From NCBI GenBank assembly GCA_018302605.1, contig JAGVZN010000021.1:14157-78156 (forward strand): DNA of 64,000 bases, in the 5' to 3' direction. The DNA is from Candidatus Woesearchaeota archaeon. GTDB taxonomy: Archaea > Nanobdellota > Nanobdellia > Woesearchaeales > GW2011-AR9. A program made the translations under genes and the position numbers. Positions 19,295-28,855 of this stretch are shown here, in pieces (positions within the stretch are counted from its first letter, which is position 1; each line of letters starts with the position of its first letter). The notes below the pieces were generated by a model, which searched no databases, was not told the DNA's origin, and was given only the letters and a program-made list of their open reading frames with translations.

Positions 19295-19450
19295 GTATTT
19301 GTTTAGCTGGCGGCAAGGCCAAGCGGTGTATCCGCAGAGACTTTGTTCCTAGCTAGATGCGGAAATCTTCTGGTTCATTGCGGGAGGCAGAAAATATCTT
19401 TGCTGATTTCCGCGCGGATACACGGTCAGCCGGAAAAGCTAAACAAATAC
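19295..19450. mobile_element. MITE-like element, repeat family 2, copy B (156 bp) with 9-bp target-site duplication
   Basis: TIR gtatttgtttagc / gctaaacaaatac; flanked by direct repeat ccccaaaaa (19286-19294) and ccccaaaaag (19451-19460); internal hairpin ggtgtatccgc / gcggatacacg. Confidence 0.7.
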
Positions 19451-19495
19451 CCCCAAAAAGTAAGCTTTTTATAGGATAGATCTTCTTTCTCTGCT

Positions 19496-20113
19496 GTGAT
19501 TGATGGGCTGACTGAAGAAGAGTATACTTTATTCCGCGGATTAAACACTCCGCAGAAGATTCAGGATTTTCTGGACACTATCCCCACCAATTTTGAGCCG
19601 GAAGGAGATACCTGCCTTTCGCCGCGGCTGGTACTCAGGCAGAACCGTGCGCATTGCATCGAGGGGGCGATTTTAGCGGCACTTATCCTGCGTTTCCACG
19701 GGCACAAGCCGCTGCTCGTCGATCTCGAGACGACAGAAGATGATTTTGATCACGTCATCGCCGTTTTCCAGCAACATGGGCATTGGGGTGCGATCTCCAA
19801 AACGAACCATGCCGTCCTGCGCTACCGTGAACCGGTCTATAAATCCATCCATGAATTAGTGATGTCTTTTTTCCATGAATATTTCCAGAATGAAAACGGC
19901 GTAAAAACGCTCCGCCGTTTTTCCAAACCGATCAATTTAAAAATATTTGATCAAAGAGGATGGATGACTGCGGAAACAGAAATATGGTATATCGCTGAAC
20001 ATCTGGCCGGCGCACCGCATAGTTCCCTCCTTTCCCGGAAACAAATAAAAACATTGCGGCCGGCGACCGATGTGGAACGGAGATTGGGCAGTATTGTTGA
20101 ATGGGAAAAGTGA
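19496..20113 (+). CDS. transglutaminase-like Cys/His domain protein
   Basis: RAHCIEGAILAALILRFHG ... DHVIAV resembles the transglutaminase-like G-x-C ... H-x-E/V core. Confidence 0.45.
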   Translation: MIDGLTEEEYTLFRGLNTPQKIQDFLDTIPTNFEPEGDTCLSPRLVLRQNRAHCIEGAILAALILRFHGHKPLLVDLETTEDDFDHVIAVFQQHGHWGAISKTNHAVLRYREPVYKSIHELVMSFFHEYFQNENGVKTLRRFSKPINLKIFDQRGWMTAETEIWYIAEHLAGAPHSSLLSRKQIKTLRPATDVERRLGSIVEWEK

Positions 20114-20580
20114 GAGTATGGAAAGGTGAGAGTATGGAAATGCTGGTCGTCAAACAGACGGAGTATGGTGCTGGGAAAGGGGTGTATGCTCGGGGTGTTG
20201 TCCGTGAAAGAGCGGAAGTTTTTATCTTCAGTGAGCAGGTCGTTTCTTGGGCCAAAGCAACGCATCGGACCATTCAGACCGGGAAAAATTGCTGGCTGGA
20301 ACCGGCAAAAGAGAGTTACGGCCATTATCTAAATCATTCCTGTTCCCCGACCTGCGGTTTCCAGCTGCCAAATAAGATCGTTGCGCTGCGGGAGATCAAA
20401 GACGGAGAAGAGATCACCATCGATTATTCGACGATTGTCCATACACCGAAGTGGGAGATGGATTGCTGCTGCCCGAGTTCTCAATGTAGGAAATTAGTTC
20501 GGAGTTTTCCAAAGATGCCGGCAGAATTTCAGAAGAAGTATCAAGAATTTAATTCTTGGGCATACTCCAGAAAGAAATGA
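20101..20580 (+). CDS. SET-domain protein lysine methyltransferase
   Basis: YLNHSCSPTC, GEEITIDYS and C-terminal Cys cluster (post-SET CCCPSSQC). Confidence 0.75.
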   Translation: MGKVRVWKGESMEMLVVKQTEYGAGKGVYARGVVRERAEVFIFSEQVVSWAKATHRTIQTGKNCWLEPAKESYGHYLNHSCSPTCGFQLPNKIVALREIKDGEEITIDYSTIVHTPKWEMDCCCPSSQCRKLVRSFPKMPAEFQKKYQEFNSWAYSRKK

Positions 20581-20581
20581 A

Positions 20582-20691
20582 TGAGCCTGCCCGGATTCGA
20601 ACCGGGGTCCTATGGTCACTTCTGCCGAAGCAGCCGAAGCCATATGTCCTATTTGCCTTATTTGCTCCTATCCAGGCTAGACTACAGGCCC
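20582..20691 (-). tRNA. tRNA-Arg(TCG) with two introns (D-arm about 19 nt; canonical 17 nt UUCG hairpin)
   Basis: Minus strand GGGCCTG-TA-GTCT-AGCCTGGATA[intron]GGAC-A-TATGG-CTTCGG[CTGCTTCGGCAGAAGTG]A-CCATA-GGAC-CCCGG-TTCGAAT-CCGGG-CAGGCTC-A; A20 and G37 fit Arg / CGN decoding. Confidence 0.6.
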
Positions 20692-20717
20692 GATTATTAT
20701 CCTCAAAATCCACATAG

Positions 20718-20726
20718 TTTTTAAAG
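20718..20726 (-). promoter_or_regulatory. TATA box upstream of tRNA-Arg
   Basis: ctttaaaaa on the minus strand about 26 nt upstream of tRNA position 1. Confidence 0.4.
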
Positions 20727-20818
20727 TTAATGTATTTTCTATAATGAAAGAACAAAGTGATTAATAGTAATTAGTTTGTTCCTCCGAATATAATAGCGGT
20801 CTAAATTGATTACTTACA

Positions 20819-20833
20819 TCCGCTATTATAGAT
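20819..20833 (+). promoter_or_regulatory. BRE/TATA-like promoter ccgctattatagatg for the NYN gene
   Basis: About 25 nt upstream of ATG 20854; the same ccgctattata word recurs at 28709 and inverted at 20786. Confidence 0.35.
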
Positions 20834-20844
20834 GATACCAAAAG

Positions 20845-21372
20845 GTGATGTTAATGAATGAAAAAATTCTGATAAACCAATCAGTCGCCATTCTCTGTGA
20901 TGGCAACAATATTGAAAGAAGCATCCATGAACAAAGCGGCACGTCCACGGCGATGGTCAATTTTAACACGATCATCCCCAAACTGCTCAATGGAAGAGGA
21001 TTGAATCGGTTGATTTACTTTCGGGAAGGACAGAATATCTCCTCCAAGCTGGCAGAGAGGCTGCATGAGCAGTATTATGGTTCGGTTGTTCCCTGCCATA
21101 AATCGGCGGATATCCCCCTCTCAATCAAAGCCACCCAGCTTGCTTCTAAAGTGGACACGATCATCATCATGTCCGGCGATTCTGACTATGTCGAGCTGGT
21201 GACGCACCTGAAGTCGGAAGGTGTGCGGGTAGAGATTGCTGCGATTAGAGAGACGACGGCGAAAATCCTGATCGAGGAAGCAGATTTTTTCCATCCGATT
21301 ACGAAAGAGGATTGGTTTGTCTATACGCCGCCGAGACATACGGGTGGGAGAAGAAGAGAAGTGAAAGAATGA
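20845..21372 (+). CDS. NYN (LabA-like) domain protein
   Basis: AILCDGNNI and IIIMSGDSDYVELV motifs of the NYN/LabA nuclease-like fold. Confidence 0.7.
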   Translation: MMLMNEKILINQSVAILCDGNNIERSIHEQSGTSTAMVNFNTIIPKLLNGRGLNRLIYFREGQNISSKLAERLHEQYYGSVVPCHKSADIPLSIKATQLASKVDTIIIMSGDSDYVELVTHLKSEGVRVEIAAIRETTAKILIEEADFFHPITKEDWFVYTPPRHTGGRRREVKE

Positions 21373-21484
21373 AGTGGCCGGCTGTGCCATCCCGTTTTTC
21401 GGTGTAAGATGTGATTCTCTCGAATCGTTGTTTTCGAGCCGCATCTTGACTATGCCAGCCCTGAACTAAATATGTGTGTCAAAC

Positions 21485-21647
21485 GGCTCTGGAGAAAAAG
21501 TCTCCCTGGCCATTGACCATGGCGAAAATCGGCCGTGTTCATGGCTACAAAATCGGCGATTAAAGTGGCTGGTTTTCGTACCTGTTCCCGTATATCGCTT
21601 CTCACGGTCAATCTTGAGGCCTGGCGGACGACTTTTTCTACTAAGCC
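21485..21647. mobile_element. MITE-like element, repeat family 3, copy 2
   Basis: ggctctggagaaaaagtc ... gactttttctactaagcc; flanked by tcaaac on both sides; the tracked ORF 21476-21667 is its translation. Confidence 0.6.
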
Positions 21648-21719
21648 TTTCAAACAGAAACATTTAAAAATAACAACCATTTCTCATTACCCACAAGAAG
21701 AGGAGTAAATCTTTCTCGG

Positions 21720-22361
21720 GTGTGTTTCATGGAAGAACAATTAAAGACAGGGACAACAACGGTGGGCATTGCCTGCAAAGATGGTGTGGTGTTAGCCGCG
21801 GATACTCGTGCAACAGCGGGAACGATGATTGTGGATAAGCAGGCAGAAAAGGTGCATATCCTTTCTGATGATTTCGCCTGTACGATTGCGGGCAGCGTCT
21901 CCGAAGCTCAATTACTGATCAAGTTGGTCAAAGCGGAACTAAAACTGAAAGAAGTCCGCACCAACAAAAGCGCTTCCGTCAAAGAAGCGGCAAATCTCCT
22001 CGGGGGGCTACTTTATAGCAGCCTGCGGCGGATGAGTATGTTTCCCTGCATTGCGCATTTCCTCCTTGGTGGAAAAGACGCATCGGGGGTTTATCTTTAT
22101 GATCTCTTTCCGGACGGCAGCGTCACGAAAATAAAAGATTTTGTTTCCTCCGGTTCCGGTTCAGTCTTCGCCTATGGCGTCTTGGAGACGCAGTATAAAG
22201 AAGGCTTATCTGTCGAGGAAGGGATAAAGCTTGCCGTGAGATGTGTGAACACGGCGTTGCAGCGTGACAGCGCTTCCGGTAACGGTGTCACTGTCGTCGT
22301 GGTGACGGAACTGGGAATTAAAAAAGTACTCCAGAAAGAAGCATCGATTACTTTGTATTAA
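21720..22361 (+). CDS. psmB: proteasome subunit beta
   Basis: Propeptide then TTTVGIACKDGVVLAADTRATAG; Ntn-hydrolase fold. Confidence 0.9.
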   Translation: MCFMEEQLKTGTTTVGIACKDGVVLAADTRATAGTMIVDKQAEKVHILSDDFACTIAGSVSEAQLLIKLVKAELKLKEVRTNKSASVKEAANLLGGLLYSSLRRMSMFPCIAHFLLGGKDASGVYLYDLFPDGSVTKIKDFVSSGSGSVFAYGVLETQYKEGLSVEEGIKLAVRCVNTALQRDSASGNGVTVVVVTELGIKKVLQKEASITLY

Positions 22362-22546
22362 TCGTCCTCGCTCTGGAGGGGTCAGTTTTTGTGGTTTTGG
22401 GTTTAGTGCTTTGTATAAATCTTCCCAAAAAGTTATCAAAATAGGTCCTAAAAGATTAAAATAATCAGTAAAGAAAATCCTATTTTGATAACATCAAAAT
22501 TAAAGATTTAAAAATAAAAATTTAAAATAAAATTAAAGGTTAGATC

Positions 22547-24436
22547 ATGACAGATATCTTAAAAGAAGTTGTAAAAATGTTGCCAGAAGGGAAAATTTCT
22601 GATGCCGGATTTGAAGGGGCGAACATCGTTTTGTATACGAAAGACAAAGATTATTTTTTTGATAACGGCGGGACAATTATCAATGCCGTAAAAGTCGTCA
22701 AAAAAAGGATCGAGCTCCGTCCGGATCCTTCTCTTTGTCTTGATCAGGAAGAAGCGGAAAAAGCCATCCGCAAGATCCTCCCGGATGATGCGGGGGTTCA
22801 AGAATGCATCTTTGATGCGCACCGTTCCCAGGTCATTATCCACGCCGACAAGCCAGGGATGGTCATCGGAAAGCAAGGCGAGGTTCTGCGAGAGATCGCC
22901 CATCAGACTTTTTGGGTTCCTTTCATCAAACGCATGCCGCCGATTCGTTCAAAGCTGATCGAAAGCATCCGCGCCGTCCTCTATGAGAATTCTGATTACC
23001 GGAAAAAGTTCTTAAACAAGACTGGCCACCGTATCTATGATGGCTGGTTGCGCGAAAAGAAACACGAATGGGTCCGTCTGTCTTGTCTCGGTGCGTCTCG
23101 TCAGGTTGGTCGCACCTGTTTCCTCTTGCAGACGCCAGAATCGCGGATCATCATTGATTGCGGCATAGATCCGGGAGAAGACGGTTCAGAAGCCTATCCT
23201 TTTCTGGATGCCCCCGAATTTAATATCAGCGAGATCGACGCTGTTGTTGTCACCCATTCTCACCTTGATCACTCCGCCCTGATCCCTTATCTCTTCAAGT
23301 TTGGCTATCGCGGACCGGTCTATTGTACTCTCCCTACGCGTGATGTCATGGCTCTTCTGCAATTAGATATGGTCAAGATCCAGCGTGCGGAGGGAAAAGA
23401 ACCTCTGTTTGGCACGGAGGAAATCCGCCAGATGGTTCTTCACACGATCGGTTTGGATTATGGAGAAGTGACGGATATCACCCCTGATGTGCGTCTGACA
23501 CTATACAATGCCGGCCACATCTTAGGAAGTTCCATCGTCCATTTTAATGTTGGCAATGGCCTGCATAATTTTGCATATACTGGCGATCTAAAATATGGCC
23601 GTACAAATGTCTTGGAGCCAGGGAATACACAGTTTCCTCGTATCGAGACGCTGATGATCGAATCAACGTACGGGGGGAAAGATAATGTCATGGCTGAGGA
23701 GGAAGCGGATAACTATATGGTCAAAGTCGTGGAAGAGACATTCAAAGCGGGCGGAAAAATCCTGATGCCAGTTCTGGGTTCCGGCCGTGCTCAGGAAGTG
23801 ATGGTCATCGTCGAACGGCTGATGCGGGAGAAGAGAATTCCCGATGCGCCCATCTACATTGACGGTATGCTTTGGGATATTACGGCCATCCATACTGCCT
23901 ACCCCGAATTTCTCAACCGAAATCTGCGCCAGCAAATGGTTCAGAATGAGAATAATCCTTTCCTCTCTCCCCTATTCAAGAAGATCGGTTCCAGAAAAGA
24001 ACGAGAGCAGGTCATCCTGGAAGAAGGGCCGTGTCTCATCCTTGCCACTTCGGGAATGTTAACTGGCGGCCCCTCTGTTGAATACCTCAAAGGGCTTTGC
24101 GAAGGAAGCAAGCACGCAATTATCTTCAGCTGTTATCAACCGCCGGGCAGTCTGGGTCATCGCATCCGGTCTGGTGAGAAAGAGATCATGCTGAAAGATG
24201 GCGGGAAATCCACGTTATATAAGATCAACATGAATGTACATAAGGTGGAGATCACGAACCATTCTGACCGCCGCCAGCTGATGAATTACATCCGGCGCTG
24301 CAACCCACAGCCGAAGAAAGTAATTGTTGTGCATGGCGAGAGCTCCCGCTGCCTTGATCTGGCTTCATCCATCCATAAAACATATAAGATCGAGACCGTA
24401 GCGCCGAAGAATCTGGAAGTGATCAGGATACGTTAA
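22547..24436 (+). CDS. aCPSF1 / FttA-type beta-CASP ribonuclease with N-terminal KH domains
   Basis: 629 aa; metallo-beta-lactamase HSHLDHS motif, beta-CASP and RMMBL regions, two KH modules at the N-terminus. Confidence 0.9.
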   Translation: MTDILKEVVKMLPEGKISDAGFEGANIVLYTKDKDYFFDNGGTIINAVKVVKKRIELRPDPSLCLDQEEAEKAIRKILPDDAGVQECIFDAHRSQVIIHADKPGMVIGKQGEVLREIAHQTFWVPFIKRMPPIRSKLIESIRAVLYENSDYRKKFLNKTGHRIYDGWLREKKHEWVRLSCLGASRQVGRTCFLLQTPESRIIIDCGIDPGEDGSEAYPFLDAPEFNISEIDAVVVTHSHLDHSALIPYLFKFGYRGPVYCTLPTRDVMALLQLDMVKIQRAEGKEPLFGTEEIRQMVLHTIGLDYGEVTDITPDVRLTLYNAGHILGSSIVHFNVGNGLHNFAYTGDLKYGRTNVLEPGNTQFPRIETLMIESTYGGKDNVMAEEEADNYMVKVVEETFKAGGKILMPVLGSGRAQEVMVIVERLMREKRIPDAPIYIDGMLWDITAIHTAYPEFLNRNLRQQMVQNENNPFLSPLFKKIGSRKEREQVILEEGPCLILATSGMLTGGPSVEYLKGLCEGSKHAIIFSCYQPPGSLGHRIRSGEKEIMLKDGGKSTLYKINMNVHKVEITNHSDRRQLMNYIRRCNPQPKKVIVVHGESSRCLDLASSIHKTYKIETVAPKNLEVIRIR

Positions 24437-24858
24437 TGTTCTGGGAAAAGATCTAATTGAGCGAAATAATTTCCCGCATAGCTTTTAATCGTGTCAACCA
24501 CTTGGTAATAATTGCCCGGCCAATCTGGCGCTGGAAATTCAATAGTTGGTGCTTTCTCAAATGTCAGTTCTCTATATAGGGAATCTGCATAAGCTTGGGT
24601 TTTAAATGTGACACGAGGATCTAATGCGAAAATGCCGTGAATGATGACCAAGCTTGTTTTCGGGTAAAGAGTCTCTATCGGAACTTCCCGGTCACCTGTT
24701 CCGACGTGTTTTTGGATAATGAGATCATAATTAATTCTGCACGGAAATTGTCGGGCAAGAAATGTAAACATTCTCTCTATTCTTCTTTGACTGAGTGGTT
24801 CCAGAAACTGCAGCGTTAGTCTTTTTTCTAAATTCTCTAAAGAATCGTCCATTTTCAT
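24433..24858 (-). CDS. hypothetical protein
   Basis: 141-aa ORF convergent with the aCPSF1 gene. Confidence 0.4.
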   Translation of the reverse strand: MKMDDSLENLEKRLTLQFLEPLSQRRIERMFTFLARQFPCRINYDLIIQKHVGTGDREVPIETLYPKTSLVIIHGIFALDPRVTFKTQAYADSLYRELTFEKAPTIEFPAPDWPGNYYQVVDTIKSYAGNYFAQLDLFPEH

Positions 24859-24980
24859 CTCTCAAACACCACAGGATATAAACCTTTATAAAATCGATAT
24901 TCTCTCATCTCTTCATGCTAGCAAAACAGATTGACCTGGAAGACGCCAAACACGATAAATTATTCTATCTTAGGTGAGCG

Positions 24981-25325
24981 ATGGGATCCGGAAAGACCTG
25001 GGGTTATCTCGTTGGGGTGTTTTCTGCCGCAATAGTTGGTTATTATGCCGGCCAATGGGTTCATACTCCCCAATGGGCATGGACTGCAGATGAGAATGGT
25101 GATGGACTCGAGGATATCGTCTTCGAATCCAGAGATGGAAAAACGTCGGTTCTGTATAAAGTTTCTCCCCCCGATGCAGGATACCAAAAATTTCTCTCCG
25201 GAGAAAAAGCAAGCGCGTATTTTAACGAGCGATTATCGGAGGAGAACAGAAAAGATGCACCCTCTCTTAGAGATTTATCTAGCGGGAGATGGAATCTCGA
25301 AACAAAGTGGAGGGAAAGCAATTAA
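24981..25325 (+). CDS. hypothetical membrane-anchored protein
   Basis: N-terminal TM helix (WGYLVGVFSAAIVGYYAG); competes with the overlapping ORF 25036-25497. Confidence 0.35.
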   Translation: MGSGKTWGYLVGVFSAAIVGYYAGQWVHTPQWAWTADENGDGLEDIVFESRDGKTSVLYKVSPPDAGYQKFLSGEKASAYFNERLSEENRKDAPSLRDLSSGRWNLETKWRESN

Positions 25326-25603
25326 TCTCTTCCTTCTGAACTCCAATCTCGCAATCTTTTGGCGTATCTTTCGTAGTCTATTGCCAGAGAAGGGCTATCT
25401 CTTATCTCTTCTTTGGACATACTCCCTCCGTATACAAAGAATCTTTTTTCATCTCTCTCTAACCCGTTTTCTTGACGTCTCCAGCGGACTGTTCTAAAGA
25501 AAATAGTCCCCGCATCATTCTCATAATACTCCCTATCTTTATGCATCTGTGACTTTTGATCAAAACCAAGATACGTCTGGGAAATCTTACGTAATTCTTC
25601 CAT
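25322..25603 (-). CDS. hypothetical protein
   Basis: 93-aa charged ORF. Confidence 0.35.
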   Translation of the reverse strand: MEELRKISQTYLGFDQKSQMHKDREYYENDAGTIFFRTVRWRRQENGLERDEKRFFVYGGSMSKEEIRDSPSLAIDYERYAKRLRDWSSEGRD

Positions 25604-25946
25604 TGGAGTTAGATTTTAGCAATCTTTTAAAAGTGTTTTGGAAAGAAAAACCACGCGTATGTATTTTGTTGTTGGCCAAGTGAGAGATAGCATTCGTCAG
25701 ACGAGGCTGGTGGGTTTTCCTGCGGAAGAATATTATAACGTTTTTTAGGCCCCCTCATTTTCTCATTAAGTAATTCCGAAATTTCATTTAACGTATGGAA
25801 TTCCTGTTAAATCCTGCCGACTACGAAGTGGGAGGTACGAGGAGCGTAGCGACGAAGAGTTTTTTGTTGTCGTACATAGAAACACTGATACAGTTTTAGC
25901 ATGTAGTTAAAGAATAGACGGAGGTGGGTCTTGAGTAGGTTATTTG

Positions 25947-26633
25947 TTAAAAGGTCGCCGTTTTCCATAGAATGTCAAAGAAACTCCTATAAGAATCTGC
26001 TACTTGTTTGCTTCTCATTAGAAAAGCTATGGGATCAGATGACCAGTTGATAATAGCAACTTTATCATGAGATAATTTTAATTCTTCTTCTCTTTTTTGC
26101 TTTCTAACAGTCTCATTAAAGATTATTTTTAGTGGGATTTTTGATTCTATTCTTCTGTCATGAAAATGGATAAAGTAAGCGTGAAATAACTCTTTAAATT
26201 TTCCAGTTGCTCCAAAAACAAACCAAGGCTTTCCCTCTTTTAAAATATCTTCAAAGATAGATTTGAGCCCTTTCTTACTTTTGTAGAGAGTTCCCTCCTG
26301 TTCTTCTTTTGAGAGCTTTCTTTTTAATTGAAGTTCTGGAAGAAATTGTTTTAGTTTTTCTTCTTTATCTATTAGATCTTGTTTCTTAGATTCAAGATAT
26401 TCTAGCAATCTGTCCGGATCTTGAGCCTCAAAATACTTTCTGTTAGCTTTAATAACGTAAGAAACAAGACCTTTGCCTATTAGCAAATCAATAATATCAT
26501 AAACTGCTGCCCGATGCATTCCTACTTTTTTGATTAAAGGGCCAGCAGCAGTGCTTCCTAATTCCAACAGGGCTAAGTAAACTTTTATTTCGTTTTTGGT
26601 AAGTCCTAATTCTTCCAATAAGGCAGTGTCCAT
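25947..26633 (-). CDS. TrmB-family transcriptional regulator
   Basis: N-terminal LGLTKNEIKVYLALLELGSTAAGPLIKKVGMHRAAVYDIIDLLIGKGLV winged HTH typical of TrmB. Confidence 0.7.
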   Translation of the reverse strand: MDTALLEELGLTKNEIKVYLALLELGSTAAGPLIKKVGMHRAAVYDIIDLLIGKGLVSYVIKANRKYFEAQDPDRLLEYLESKKQDLIDKEEKLKQFLPELQLKRKLSKEEQEGTLYKSKKGLKSIFEDILKEGKPWFVFGATGKFKELFHAYFIHFHDRRIESKIPLKIIFNETVRKQKREEELKLSHDKVAIINWSSDPIAFLMRSKQVADSYRSFFDILWKTATF

Positions 26634-26733
26634 TCCCTATTAAAAACACCCGTTCTTTTTATAGTTTTCGTTTTTGTCATAAGTTTTACTTATTACATTA
26701 ATTTAAATACAACCAATCGGTTTCTATCCTCCA

Positions 26734-27210
26734 GTGATTAAAATGGAAAATCAAAAAAGACCAACCGGTTCAGTGTTAACTGCTTATATCTCTGATTGTG
26801 TAAGAAGTACTTATAATCAAATTAATAGGGGTTATGAAGCTGGAAGAACCATCGCGTTCAATACAAGAAGACTAAAAGAACGAGAAGGCTCAAATTCTTG
26901 TCTAAAATACTCTCATGCATTATTGAGAGAAGTGGAGAGAATTACATACGATACGAAAGCAGTAAATCTTGGTTTCCAGTTATACAGATTTCTAAATCAC
27001 TTTGATTGTAAGATAATTGATAGAAATGTAAACTCAGCAGAAGAATACATTAAAAATAATCCTGATCCTGAAATTAAAGTTGGAAGCAAAGGTGGAATAG
27101 AATGTATAATCACATTAGCACAAGATGCAGCAGATGAAGTTAATAGAAACTCTGAAATTGGTGGAAGACCTAAAGTTCAAATGAAATCTTTTCCAGATTG
27201 GAGGTACTGA
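26734..27210 (+). CDS. hypothetical protein (AT-rich islet gene 1)
   Basis: 158 aa; no recognisable motif. Confidence 0.45.
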   Translation: MIKMENQKRPTGSVLTAYISDCVRSTYNQINRGYEAGRTIAFNTRRLKEREGSNSCLKYSHALLREVERITYDTKAVNLGFQLYRFLNHFDCKIIDRNVNSAEEYIKNNPDPEIKVGSKGGIECIITLAQDAADEVNRNSEIGGRPKVQMKSFPDWRY

Positions 27211-27755
27211 TTAAGATGAAAATTATTAGCCCCGGAATGAGAGAAGGACTTGTGTACCAAAGAACAACAGTTTGGACGGCATCTCATACACTTGCTATGA
27301 GAAAGGAAGCTTACCGCTTACTAAAAGATATTGAGCATTGCCCAATAAACGAGTGGGTAGAATCGCATGATTGGAGTTGGGTTACTGATCCAGAACAAAA
27401 AGCTAGGGCTATTCAATCTGAAATAAACTGGAGGGAACATATGCCAGAAGAACTTGAAAGTTATCGTTGTCATTATAGTTGGATAGTCGCCTACCAAGAT
27501 CCTGATGAGGAACCGCATGAGTGGCGATATGGGAAAATTTATCCATATATCAAAGAAGAAAATTTAGAAGTCGCAATAGATAAAGCTGCTGCTGTTTTCT
27601 CCCAAGATGCAGTAATAAGATCTATAGAAAAAACGAGATTTGGGCAGGAAGCCAGTGATAGGCTTAGGGAGTACCCTGTTCCAGATGGTGTCTTGCAATA
27701 TATTAGAAATGAGTTTCCAAAAAGAAGGCAAAAATTGATTTTGGAGATTGATTAA
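27198..27755 (+). CDS. hypothetical protein (AT-rich islet gene 2)
   Basis: 185 aa; overlaps gene 1 by 13 nt; Trp/His-rich. Confidence 0.45.
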   Translation: MEVLIKMKIISPGMREGLVYQRTTVWTASHTLAMRKEAYRLLKDIEHCPINEWVESHDWSWVTDPEQKARAIQSEINWREHMPEELESYRCHYSWIVAYQDPDEEPHEWRYGKIYPYIKEENLEVAIDKAAAVFSQDAVIRSIEKTRFGQEASDRLREYPVPDGVLQYIRNEFPKRRQKLILEID

Positions 27756-27841
27756 TATGGGAAGACATGATACTAATACTGACGGATTTGGAATGGGAAG
27801 CCAAAAATTGGAAGAACTTACGGATAATTTAATGGAAATTC

Positions 27842-28528
27842 TTGGTAGAGCGAGATATTCGCAAAAATATCGCCCCTTTCAAGAATCAAGAAGATAGGCT
27901 GAGCACTACTTATGGTAGAGAGCTTCTCTCTTGGTTAAGGGGATTGTTTCAATGGACGCCCTTTGGCATAAGTTATATTCACGAGAATGAGACGGGCGTG
28001 AGTGTTCCTGTTGAATTCAAAGATGGTAAAATAAACAAGACAACATTATATGCTACAGCGGGAGTTTATGCTTTGGAACATGATCCACAACTTTCAATTA
28101 CTACAACAGAGATAGCTATTGTCGCCTCTTTTGAAGATTGTATAAAAGTATATTCTAGAGTGGCCACATCAGGAGGAAAAGGAGAAATAGATATTGAGTG
28201 GTATGAAGAGGTTGCAACCGGACCTGAAGGGGTCGCAAAAGGAGATTATACCTCTTTTGAGAAAAAACGCGGAAGAATAGACAGAAATTGGGATGATATT
28301 GGACTAAGGATTCAGCAAAGATGTGGGAACTTTCTAGGCAAAGCATATAGCGGCCGACCTATTTTCTATGAATATATAGTTGGTGATGATTTCGGTACAG
28401 GTAGAATCGTGAAAGAGCTGAGTGGTACTGGATTTCCAAGCTATATCGGGGGGGATCAAATCCAGGAATTTTATGCCCAATTAGACCTGAGGACTGAGTT
28501 GATTGACGTTAAAGGCGACCACCATTAG
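27842..28528 (+). CDS. hypothetical protein (AT-rich islet gene 3), non-ATG start
   Basis: 228 aa; opens on TTG at 27842 with no in-frame ATG near the 5' end; a 47-aa ATG ORF (27757-27900) overlaps in another frame. Confidence 0.4.
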   Translation: MVERDIRKNIAPFKNQEDRLSTTYGRELLSWLRGLFQWTPFGISYIHENETGVSVPVEFKDGKINKTTLYATAGVYALEHDPQLSITTTEIAIVASFEDCIKVYSRVATSGGKGEIDIEWYEEVATGPEGVAKGDYTSFEKKRGRIDRNWDDIGLRIQQRCGNFLGKAYSGRPIFYEYIVGDDFGTGRIVKELSGTGFPSYIGGDQIQEFYAQLDLRTELIDVKGDHH

Positions 28529-28761
28529 TTTTTAGTGATAGAAAAAAAGCCCCACCCCGTCGATAATTAATTCTTTACATTTTAGTTTTACTTGTTATTG
28601 TAGAAGAGTAGGTGTCAGTGTTTAAAATTGTTAGTATTTCCGTTAAGGAATGATACATAATAGATGACAAAAATTTCACTGAACTGATATTACTTACTAC
28701 CGCTATTATAAATAGGTACGAAACCCATCTATTTCCAGTATGGTTTAAAAAAGCTAAACTT

Positions 28762-28772
28762 TTATAAAAAGG
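28762..28772 (+). promoter_or_regulatory. TATA box ttttataaaaa upstream of the tRNA-Ser region
   Basis: Sits about 25 nt upstream of the duplicated 5' tRNA fragment at 28797, not of the intact tRNA. Confidence 0.35.
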
Positions 28773-28855
28773 ATAACAAATAACTCGTCTAATGCCCAGC
28801 GTCGCATACGCAGAAAGTAGATTTTCTGGTTGCGCCGCAGGCTCTGCTTCGCTAC

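Noticed and set aside
25620-25946. Long intergenic region upstream of the TrmB gene, with partial inverted repeats (cgactacg ... cgtagcg)
   Set aside because: Stems are short and imperfect; no tRNA-like or promoter-independent structure could be justified by eye; left unannotated.
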